Assembly (NCBI GenBank): GCA_048939465.1 | Contig: JBHLPL010000008.1 | Span: 1 to 32,000, forward strand | From: Promethearchaeota archaeon | GTDB taxonomy: Archaea; Asgardarchaeota; Odinarchaeia; Odinarchaeales; JBHLKK01 | Direction of reading: 5' to 3' | DNA length: 32,000 nucleotides | In this document: piece after piece, positions 18,226 through 26,147 of the stretch | Layout of the letters: every line of letters starts with the position of its first letter | Position numbering within the stretch: position 1 is the first letter of the stretch | The notes under the pieces: model-generated | The model's database searches: none | What the model was told of the DNA's origin: nothing | Seen by the model: only the letters and a program-made list of their open reading frames with translations | Translations under genes and position numbers: made by a program

Positions 18226-19404
18226 ATGGAGTATTTCCGTTATGGCACACCATCTTCCACCGGTTTGGCCTTTCGAGATTTACAAGAGATTGTCGAGTCT
18301 CTGTTTCAAGTATCGGCATCATATTTAGACCACACGCATTATGGCGTCCCCACATTCATCTTGGAGCAAGATCAAGAAACAGAAGAACCATTTGAAAAGC
18401 TTCGAGCAAAACTCGAAGAACACAATTTGATGCCGACCCTCAGGAACGAGAAGAGAACAATACCCACAATCACTTCAGCAATCGCATCAAAGTCTGAAAA
18501 CAGACAAAGCGTAACGCTTCTTAGAATAATGCCAAAGATGGAACGTCCTCAAAGGGATCGCAAGTGGAACCTCATCTTGTTTGGAGCCACTATTATAACT
18601 GTGGCCATTACAGGATATTTAATGGCTACAAGCCCCGACTTTCAATATGTATACGGGGTGTTGTACCCCCCGGTTGGACCATTGGAGGTAATTATTACAT
18701 TCACCTTGGCACTGATTGGGATTGTAGGGTTACATGAATTAGGTCATTTGATTTCTCTCAAGAGACATAAGATCAAATCATCTTTACCTTATTTCATTCC
18801 TGGTCTTCCCTTTTGGGGTCTTCCGACGTTTGGAGCCGTAATAGTCCAGCGAAGTCCTCCCACAAACCGTAAGGAGCTTTACGATATGGGGATAAGCGGT
18901 CCCTTACTTGGTTTTGCAGTCTCATTAATAGTAACAATAGTCGGTATAATGGTTTCTGCAGTGCTCACCCAAACGGATTACAATAACCTTATACAGAACT
19001 TCGAACTGGGGAGCATACCAGAACCCCTGATTTTTACACTTCTTACCGCCCTGCTATTTCCAGGAGGTCATTACATTTACCTTCACCCAATAGGACTTGC
19101 CGGCTGGCTTGGGATGCTCATAACAGCACTTAATCTATTCCCAATTGGCCAGCTTGATGGAGGACATGCAACCAGATCTTTGTTTGGCTCGAACTCTAAA
19201 TATGTTTCCATAGGCGGTGCAGTAATATTATCAGCACTAGGTTATTTTTTCATGGCAATACTTGTGTTGTTTATGGGCGGGATAGATCATCCGGGACCCC
19301 TAGATGACGTATCAAAACTGCCACTCGGTCGGAAGATACTCTCGGTTTCAATCGTAATAATTATTGTACTTTGCACTCCGCCGCTTATACTGAGTTTCTT
19401 CTGA
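18226..19404 (+). CDS. Site-2 protease (peptidase M50) family metalloprotease
   Basis: HELGH zinc motif, PYFIP, GPLLG and NLFPIGQLDGGH. Confidence 0.93.
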   Translation: MEYFRYGTPSSTGLAFRDLQEIVESLFQVSASYLDHTHYGVPTFILEQDQETEEPFEKLRAKLEEHNLMPTLRNEKRTIPTITSAIASKSENRQSVTLLRIMPKMERPQRDRKWNLILFGATIITVAITGYLMATSPDFQYVYGVLYPPVGPLEVIITFTLALIGIVGLHELGHLISLKRHKIKSSLPYFIPGLPFWGLPTFGAVIVQRSPPTNRKELYDMGISGPLLGFAVSLIVTIVGIMVSAVLTQTDYNNLIQNFELGSIPEPLIFTLLTALLFPGGHYIYLHPIGLAGWLGMLITALNLFPIGQLDGGHATRSLFGSNSKYVSIGGAVILSALGYFFMAILVLFMGGIDHPGPLDDVSKLPLGRKILSVSIVIIIVLCTPPLILSFF

Positions 19405-19415
19405 GGGGAACAGCT

Positions 19416-20105
19416 ATGGAAGAATGGCAGAAGCATCTTATAGAATATCTGGTAAAGAAAGAAGCGATACTTTTTGGGGATTTCAAACTGAAAAGTGGCA
19501 GATACTCTCCTTATTTCTTCAATCTCGCCAACGTCATGCGTGATGGAGAAGGAACAATGAAAGCTGCAGAAGCCTACGCAAACGCCATACATTCTTTCAT
19601 TGGACTGGACACCGTTGATTACATACACGGACCTGCCTACAAGGGAATTCCTCTTGCAGGAGCAACTGCGGTTGCTTTGTTCCAGAGGCATCACGTGTCT
19701 AAGAGGTGGGGGTATGATAGAAAAGAACCCAAAACCTATGGAGCCCACGAGTTATGGCTTGTAGGGGACATTCGAGATGGCGATAAGATACTGATAGTTG
19801 ATGATGTGGCAACTACCGGAAGAACAAAGATAGACGCAATGAATAGGATTATGGAGACCTCTGAACGTACAAACCTTCAGTTCACAGGGGTTTTGATCAT
19901 GCTGGATCGAAAGGAAATCAATGAACAAGGGCAATCAACTTCAAGCTATTTGAAGGAACGAGGGTTAAAACTCTACTCTATCCTTGATGCCCCCATGGTT
20001 TTCGATTATATGCATGGTCGTTTGGTTGAGGAAGCAGTCTATGTTGATGAGGAGAAGTACCGGAATTTCCAAGAGTATTTCAGGAAATTCGGTATAAAAG
20101 CCTAG
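19416..20105 (+). CDS. pyrE: Orotate phosphoribosyltransferase
   Basis: FGDFKLKSGRYSPYFFN, GPAYKGIP, DRKE.K, PRPP-binding LIVDDVATTG. ATG 19416 follows a GAGGGG SD; the ORF track opens at 19371. Confidence 0.93.
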   Translation: MEEWQKHLIEYLVKKEAILFGDFKLKSGRYSPYFFNLANVMRDGEGTMKAAEAYANAIHSFIGLDTVDYIHGPAYKGIPLAGATAVALFQRHHVSKRWGYDRKEPKTYGAHELWLVGDIRDGDKILIVDDVATTGRTKIDAMNRIMETSERTNLQFTGVLIMLDRKEINEQGQSTSSYLKERGLKLYSILDAPMVFDYMHGRLVEEAVYVDEEKYRNFQEYFRKFGIKA

Positions 20106-20108
20106 TTG

Positions 20109-20759
20109 CTAGGGGCTCTGCTCTGATCTCTCCTCGCTGTGGCCTTCCTCGATCTTCTGTTCTTCTTCAGTCCCTTCCTGTTCTTTTTCCTTCCTTGCGC
20201 TGAGAACTATGTCAACAATTAGAATTACTAAGACTATAATGATTACGAAGATAAGAAGTGCTTGTGCACCTCCGACTCCGAAAACCGCTCTCAACCATAG
20301 AATGAATAAACCGATGCGAGGAATACTAAACACCGTTTTACCGATGATGTTCGAATAAGGAATTGGCTCGGGATCTGGAAGCGGATTAGTATCGGGGTTG
20401 TCTCCCTTAGTTCGGAAGTACCAGTCGCCGTTTTGCTGGTACTTGTCAATAACTCTGTGTACAACAGGAATGCTTGGATCTATTCCCCACAAGCCAGGAG
20501 TCACGACGAAAAAGACAATGACTTCATCCACACTGATTTGGTCTGGCTGAACATGTCTAACGAAAAGTATATCTCCTTCCCAATATGTAGGATGCATACT
20601 GCCTGAAGTAACGACAACAATTGGGGTCGAGGTACCCATGGCTGCTTGAAGCCCAAAATGGAAGCCATAAACCCCTGCTACAATTACCACGACTATTATT
20701 GCATAAGTGGCAACTTCCTTCTTCCAGGACTCTTTTGAACCTTCTGTATTCTTGGCCAT
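20109..20759 (-). CDS. sec11: Signal peptidase I (S26B, Sec11 type)
   Basis: N-terminal TM helix, VVTSGSMHPT catalytic Ser, VVHRV His, TKGDN..PDP. Confidence 0.92.
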   Translation of the reverse strand: MAKNTEGSKESWKKEVATYAIIVVVIVAGVYGFHFGLQAAMGTSTPIVVVTSGSMHPTYWEGDILFVRHVQPDQISVDEVIVFFVVTPGLWGIDPSIPVVHRVIDKYQQNGDWYFRTKGDNPDTNPLPDPEPIPYSNIIGKTVFSIPRIGLFILWLRAVFGVGGAQALLIFVIIIVLVILIVDIVLSARKEKEQEGTEEEQKIEEGHSEERSEQSP

Positions 20760-20884
20760 TCAATATCCCGGGACCTGTCGATTTTCCACTTCATATGGAA
20801 TTTCTTTCTTTTAAATTGTCTCCCCAGTGCCACCCCTTTTGTCTTTCAATGGAACGTGGCAGCTCCCTTTAAGAAGTATTCTGT

Positions 20885-20931
20885 TTTCTTTTCTCCAAGG
20901 AGATCCTATCCGAAAGGGCGGAGTGGTTCAC
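20885..20931 (+). mobile_element. Solo (collapsed) end of the IS200/IS605-derived element (copy S1)
   Basis: Left-end leader TTTTCTCC-AAGGAGA joined to a single hairpin CCTATCCGAAAGGGCGG and the right-end tail AGTGGTTCAC. Confidence 0.7.
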
Positions 20932-20990
20932 CTTCAAATTAGTAATTCGCTGCTTTTCTGATGATTGATCTTCGTCGGGCCCGTGTGATG

Positions 20991-21443
20991 CTAATGACCA
21001 AATTCCTTCATCAGTATTTTGACGTAAGGTGGATAACAGCATCCTTCAAGTATTTGCTGGAACCCCTCATAGGTTTCGGCGTTCCCATTTTGAGTCGTTA
21101 GTCTTCCTGAGTATATGTTCATGAATTTACGAGAAATATTATCAAGAAGATGGCTGACAGCCTCTTTCGGTAATTTTGTGGAGCAGATCATGGCAAATGT
21201 GATGCCTTGTTTGCTTTTGTGATACACTCTTGCAATTTCGCTGGTTGAGCTCTCTCCTGATTCAAAAGGAGTTGGGATTTTCAGACTCTGTACAGAATTC
21301 TCTAATGTGTTCATGATAGTCAGACTCATCTGGCCCTCAGGCAATGCTGTGTATTTTACTAGACAGTTTCCTTCCTTGCTGAATACATATATCGCCTTAA
21401 TGATTTTTTCATCGGTTTCTTGAAGCCCAGCCATCTTAAACAT
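20991..21443 (-). CDS. Longin-like domain protein
   Basis: IIKAIYVFSKEGNCLVKY (first hairpin), YHKSKQGITFAMIC (later strands) and LLDNISRKFMNIY (helix) follow the longin/sigma-adaptin pattern. Confidence 0.6.
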   Translation of the reverse strand: MFKMAGLQETDEKIIKAIYVFSKEGNCLVKYTALPEGQMSLTIMNTLENSVQSLKIPTPFESGESSTSEIARVYHKSKQGITFAMICSTKLPKEAVSHLLDNISRKFMNIYSGRLTTQNGNAETYEGFQQILEGCCYPPYVKILMKEFGH

Positions 21444-21819
21444 TTCCTTGATTTTGTAGCCTAGCTACATAATTATACGTCACTATACTATAAAAGCATT
21501 TTGCTTGAATTCAATTATTCGCAAGCTCCTTGGTACCTTTGTTGAGATATTCGCAGATTGTGTGTAGAATTATTGTGATTCTCTTATTTAAACTCTGCTC
21601 ATTGCGAAGTTTCATGAAAGAGCGTTGCTAATACTCTGACTGCGTACTGAATAGGTTTCTGAGTCTGAAAATCCCCGATGCAAAAAGATTAATCGAGAAC
21701 GCCAATTCTTTCTACCTTGTTCAATTTTAGATCAGGAAGAGAAAGAGTGAGTGCTCCATATGACGTACAAGTATGAAGCTTAATCATCCTTTTTACCAAA
21801 AGGTTTATGAAAAAAGGTC

Positions 21820-21827
21820 TTTATATA
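21820..21827 (+). promoter_or_regulatory. Putative TATA box for 21860..22156
   Basis: TTTATATA after an A-rich BRE-like tract, 32 nt upstream of a GTG start preceded by AGGAG. Confidence 0.55.
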
Positions 21828-21859
21828 TTCTATAATGGAACCGGATAGATGTTAGGAGT

Positions 21860-22156
21860 GTGTTACGGGTGCCAATTCTGAAAGATTCTCAAAAAATCAA
21901 GCGATTTATCAAACTTGTTTTTGATATGGCTGGTCAGCAGAAAATTCCGATTTTGGATGAAAAAACACTGTCTGAAATTAGAATCAGTGGCAGTAACATC
22001 TGTTGGGAAGTAAGATTCAGGTATAACGGATCAGATGACGGACCTGTCAAAGCCTTTCTGATACTTGCGCAATACTTCCACAGTATAATCATAAAGAAGG
22101 GAGATGTTTTTTACATACCTCACGGCGCAGAGAGCTATAGATTAGAGTCGGAATAA
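21860..22156 (+). CDS. Small hypothetical protein
   Basis: 98-aa ORF with a TATA box and SD upstream; no recognised motif. Confidence 0.55.
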   Translation: MLRVPILKDSQKIKRFIKLVFDMAGQQKIPILDEKTLSEIRISGSNICWEVRFRYNGSDDGPVKAFLILAQYFHSIIIKKGDVFYIPHGAESYRLESE

Positions 22157-22183
22157 TCATCAATTACTTTTTCAAGCAATTTT

Positions 22184-22762
22184 CTACGCTCTACCACCAC
22201 TCATCAGAGTCTTCAGTTTTTTTAGTTCCTTCAACATTTCGGATTTCAATCCACCAACGCTCGTCTCTTCCTCTGCTACCGCTGCGACCATTAACTCCCC
22301 AGGACTCATGGTTGGTGGGGCTGCAACTGGTGGTGCCACCATGGCTGGTGTTGTTGGGACTGCTGAGGGCGGGGCTGAAGCAGAGGGTGGAGCAGATGGT
22401 GGAGCAGAAGGAGGTCCTGATGGTGGAGCCGACGGGGGAACTGCAGAGGGCTGTTCCAGAGAAGGAGGTGCAGCAGATGCAGCAGGACTCCCGTGCAACG
22501 ATGACCAAAGCTCCTGAGGAGACATCATTTCTCCTCTTTTTGCCAGTACTGTGGTCAACACTGCCGTTGAAGTTGTGGTTTCACTGGCAGGAAGTCTTCC
22601 GAGCTCAAGAGTCTCTAGATCTTTCCTTATCCGTTTTAGGCTTTCATTAATATCTTTCGAGGCCTGCGTAATCATTGTACTGTACTTGTCGATAGCCTCC
22701 ATGAAGTAGTCTCGAATGCGAGCTAGGACTTTCACACTTTTTGTGATTCTATCATCCAACAA
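22184..22762 (-). CDS. Hypothetical protein: N-terminal helix/coiled coil, proline-rich PPSA repeats, C-terminal amphipathic helix
   Basis: 192 aa; AVPPSAPPSGPPSAPPSAPPSASAPPSA; C-terminus GLKSEMLKELKKLKTLM. Confidence 0.75.
   Translation of the reverse strand: MLDDRITKSVKVLARIRDYFMEAIDKYSTMITQASKDINESLKRIRKDLETLELGRLPASETTTSTAVLTTVLAKRGEMMSPQELWSSLHGSPAASAAPPSLEQPSAVPPSAPPSGPPSAPPSAPPSASAPPSAVPTTPAMVAPPVAAPPTMSPGELMVAAVAEEETSVGGLKSEMLKELKKLKTLMSGGRA
22370..22450. repeat. Degenerate 12-bp tandem repeat encoding PPSA units
   Basis: GAGGGTGGAGCA / GATGGTGGAGCA / GAAGGAGGTCCT / GATGGTGGAGCC on the + strand. Confidence 0.7.
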
Positions 22763-22927
22763 TGATTCACTCCATTGTTTCCTAATATTTCTTAATCATT
22801 CTATCTTTTTAAATTAACCTATTCTCAAATCGTTCTTTAATTTAACTTACATATTCTTAAGTATAGTTATACAACTCGCAATTAATTCCTTCTATCAATA
22901 AACCACATCTCTTCATAAAGATTTTTG

Positions 22928-22975
22928 CTTTCTTCTCCGCAAGAAGACCCCGGCCGAAAGGATGGGGCGGTCCGC
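22928..22975 (+). mobile_element. Solo (collapsed) end of the IS200/IS605-derived element (copy S2)
   Basis: TTCTTCTCCGCAAGAAGAC is identical to the A1 left end, followed by one hairpin CCCGGCCGAAAGGATGGG and a degenerate tail GCGGTCCGC. Confidence 0.7.
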
Positions 22976-23040
22976 TTCAAAGAATTTCTGTACAATCATT
23001 CTTATTAGCTTTAAAAGTATTATGAGGCATCCAAAAGGCA

Positions 23041-23295
23041 TTGCTTGCTCTGGGAGGCTTACTCTTGGACTCAAATCTTATGCTAATTGGCTTTCTCATC
23101 ATGATTGTGGGTATAGCAATGGTCATGTTAGGCGCTTTCTCATCCTTTGAAAGGGGAAGAAACGCTGAGACTGGAGGAGCCATTCTGATCGGCCCTATTC
23201 CAATAATATTCGGTGTCGGCAGGAAGTTGTTTTTCATCGCTGTGTTAGGTGCCCTGGCCCTCGCAATATTGATGGCCGTGTTCTTCCTGATTTAA
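23041..23295 (+). CDS. DUF131 / TIGR00304-family membrane protein
   Basis: GGAILIGPIPIIFG signature flanked by TM helices. Confidence 0.85.
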   Translation: MLALGGLLLDSNLMLIGFLIMIVGIAMVMLGAFSSFERGRNAETGGAILIGPIPIIFGVGRKLFFIAVLGALALAILMAVFFLI

Positions 23296-23303
23296 GGGTT
23301 CAT

Positions 23304-23524
23304 CTATTGCCCGCAAGAAGACCCCATCCGAAAGGGTGGAGACGAATTGCGAGGAGCTCAAATACTTGTTTTTACGACAAGCTTGCGGAATTGAGCCGAG
23401 CTAGCACTCACCAGTTTGCAGAGACAGAGTTCTAGGGCAGGAACTGCCCGTAGACCCTCCCAGACATATCCCGCTGGGAGCGGATGAAATAGGAAGCTCC
23501 TCATGAAGGCCAAGAGTAGTTCAC
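23304..23524 (+). mobile_element. Non-autonomous IS200/IS605-derived element, short class (copy A3)
   Basis: CCGCAAGAAGACCCCATCCGAAAGGGTGGAGACGAATTGCG left end, degraded TATA (CTCAAATA), GGGCAGGAACTGCCC hairpin, GGATGAAATAGGAAGC and the end GAGTAGTTCAC. Confidence 0.8.
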
Positions 23525-23707
23525 GATGACAAGACACAATCTCGCCTCTGAAATGTAGGAACGCAAATGTTAAATAAGAGCCAAGAATTCTGATTTGCAG
23601 GTTAATCCCCCCTTAAAGATTAAATCGTTGCTAAAGAGGACCTGAGAGAATATCCAGATTTGATACTGAGAACGTGAGAACATGAAAATCCGCTCAGGGA
23701 ATTCAAT

Positions 23708-24250
23708 ATGTCACACATAACCTATAAACTGGCTTTAAGTGGAATATTGGGAGCATTAGGAATTATCCTACGATCTTTCTACCTAGAGATTATTGCAAAT
23801 GTTCAGTTGACTCCTGGAATGATACCTCCTGCTCTAGCTGGAATGTTGATGGGACTAAGAGGCGGACTCATGACCGGATTGATTGTCGGAGTATATGGAG
23901 CACTGATATCCGGAGAGTTTCCTTTGATTCCATTGGTCGGAAATGTGCTTCTAGGGGTAGGACCTGGGCTGATATGTGAGATCGTTGATGACAAGAGAAC
24001 CCTCCTGAAAAGCGTACTGTATATTGTACTAACAGGAGTCGTCGGCGGATTTATACCGACTTTCATTCTTATTCTCGCTCTTGGGCCACCGGCAATTGCT
24101 GCCTTTTCCGCACTGTTCGATCTGGCCAATGCAACGATAGCCGGAGTTATGGGGGTACTCATCTGGCTCTTACTGAGGAATTGGAGCTACGGTTATTCTT
24201 TGTTTAGAAAAGAACCGAAAAGCGAGTCTAACAAGGCTGATGAAATCTAG
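23708..24250 (+). CDS. ECF transporter S component (substrate unknown)
   Basis: About 6 TM helices, LSGILGALGIIL start, PPALAGMLMGLRGGLMTG pattern typical of S components. Confidence 0.7.
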   Translation: MSHITYKLALSGILGALGIILRSFYLEIIANVQLTPGMIPPALAGMLMGLRGGLMTGLIVGVYGALISGEFPLIPLVGNVLLGVGPGLICEIVDDKRTLLKSVLYIVLTGVVGGFIPTFILILALGPPAIAAFSALFDLANATIAGVMGVLIWLLLRNWSYGYSLFRKEPKSESNKADEI

Positions 24251-24326
24251 ATTCTCAATGATGGGGGTAGAATCCGACAAGATATATATCATCGAAGTGA
24301 TAATCTTCCTTGGGGGTTGATTCAGT

Positions 24327-25109
24327 ATGAGAGTTGCTCCAATAGGATTGGCTTCTTCCGGAAAAACGACCTTCATCGCCACATTGTTAATGCTAATTGA
24401 GAAAGATCCTTCGCGTACCCTAAATATAGAATACCCAGAAGATATTCCTAAGCTGAAGTACGTACGGGACATAATAAAAACCAGAATAAGTGGCGTTGGT
24501 CAAAGCTCCACCAATCCAAAAACGATGCACGAACTTCCCATTGTCGTAAACCACAAGAAGAAACGTCTTTTTGATATGACCTTGTGGGATTACAGCGGAA
24601 GCGCTTTGAACCGTTTCTACGAAGGGAAGCACCTAGGTCTAATCGAAGATGAGTTCAAGAAAATGTTGAGATCTGCCGAAGCTTTCATATTCATGACGCC
24701 AAGTTCTGCAACTGAAGATCAAATATACGAATACGATCTGATATACTCACATATTCTGCAACAAGCCAAGCGAAATAGGATTGGTGTATTCCTTATCACA
24801 AAGTGGGATGAGCAAGAGAATAGGCTGGATGAACAGGAAGAAATCACAAATCTAAAAGATACCTATCTGACAACGAGTCTCTTGGCTTCTATTGAGAGGA
24901 GCTGCAAGCGAGCTATCATATGCAATTGCTCCGCGGCTGGAAAGACTTACTTCGAAGAACATGTGGAAATTACTGAATATCTGGATACCTCTGTTGAGCC
25001 ATGGGGAGTGGTTGAACCAATCCTCTGGATTCATAATCCCGACTGGCTGGAAGGTAGGGAGAGGCTGTGGCAACCTTCAGCGAAATATAGACAAGAAATC
25101 ATTCTGTAA
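24327..25109 (+). CDS. TRAFAC-class P-loop GTPase
   Basis: G1 GLASSGKTT, G3 LWDYSG, G4 ITKWD, G5 CSA; 260 aa. Confidence 0.8.
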   Translation: MRVAPIGLASSGKTTFIATLLMLIEKDPSRTLNIEYPEDIPKLKYVRDIIKTRISGVGQSSTNPKTMHELPIVVNHKKKRLFDMTLWDYSGSALNRFYEGKHLGLIEDEFKKMLRSAEAFIFMTPSSATEDQIYEYDLIYSHILQQAKRNRIGVFLITKWDEQENRLDEQEEITNLKDTYLTTSLLASIERSCKRAIICNCSAAGKTYFEEHVEITEYLDTSVEPWGVVEPILWIHNPDWLEGRERLWQPSAKYRQEIIL

Positions 25110-25276
25110 AGGGCTTTTGGTCTGCAAAGTGTAGCCCTTAGAATGTAATAGCCCATTCCCTCCTGTTGACTGGAGGTTCTGACCGTATTTCTCATCGGAT
25201 CCTGCCTTGGATCGTCCAGACAGAGTTTTTATATCTTTGTTTAGATATGGCAAGTTGATAATTGCAGGTGGAGAGA

Positions 25277-26011
25277 ATGGATCTAAAGGATAAAGTCGCT
25301 CTGGTTACAGGTGGAAGTGGAGGTATTGGCAGAGCAGCTTGCCTTGCGCTTTCGAGAGAAGGAAGTCATATCGCTGTCAACTTCAACGAACATAGAAAGC
25401 GAGCGGAAGAAGTTGTTGAGGAAATTCAAAGCGCTGAAGGCAGGGCAATATGTGTTAAGGCAGATGTCTCCAAGAACACGGAAGTCAATCAAATGACGAA
25501 AGTCATCATGGAAGAGTTTGGGCACATTGATGTCCTAATTAACAACGCAGGAGTATTAATTAATCAGCCATCTATTTTGGACATTTCCGATGCTGACTGG
25601 AACCGAACGATAGATGTTAACCTCAAAGGCACCTTCAACTGTTCAAAAAGCGTTGTTCCTCACATGATTAAACAGAGAAGTGGAAGAATAGTCAACGTTT
25701 CGTCGATTGCTGGAAAAATGGGTGGGACTGTCGGGGTACACTACTCGGCATCAAAAGCAGGTGTTATCGGGCTCACAATGGCGCTGGCAAGAGAACTTGC
25801 ACCCTATTCTATTACAGTCAATGCTGTGGCTCCAGGTGTTGTGGACACTGAATTACTGCCGTTGGGTTTCAAAAAGCGTGCAAAGGCTTCCATTCCGCTG
25901 GGTCGAATTGCGTCACCCGAAGATGTGGCAGACGCGATTCTCTTCCTAATACGGAACGGGTATATAACGGGAGAAGTAGTAAATGTGAATGGCGGCCGAT
26001 ACATGGATTAA
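25277..26011 (+). CDS. fabG: Short-chain dehydrogenase/reductase, FabG-like 3-oxoacyl-ACP/CoA reductase
   Basis: TGGSGGIG, NNAG, YSASK, NAVAPG, PLGRIASPEDVA, VNGG. ATG 25277 follows a GGTGGAG SD; the ORF track opens at 25262. Confidence 0.9.
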   Translation: MDLKDKVALVTGGSGGIGRAACLALSREGSHIAVNFNEHRKRAEEVVEEIQSAEGRAICVKADVSKNTEVNQMTKVIMEEFGHIDVLINNAGVLINQPSILDISDADWNRTIDVNLKGTFNCSKSVVPHMIKQRSGRIVNVSSIAGKMGGTVGVHYSASKAGVIGLTMALARELAPYSITVNAVAPGVVDTELLPLGFKKRAKASIPLGRIASPEDVADAILFLIRNGYITGEVVNVNGGRYMD

Positions 26012-26147
26012 GCAAAGAAGGGACCATCATTTATCGAGTCACCCAAAAAATAATATTTGAGTGTTAACGATTATTCTTAAGAAGACACCTTGTCGAAAGC
26101 TGAAGGCTAGGGTGTCTTCAGTTTAAAAGACTAATGAGGGTGGTTTT

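Noticed and set aside
2633-23524. Element repeats as a CRISPR array
   Set aside because: The copies are dispersed over kilobases, not regularly interspaced, and no cas genes are present.
23525-23707. Riboswitch (for example TPP) upstream of the ECF S component
   Set aside because: CTGAGA occurs, but the remaining TPP core and its pairings are absent.
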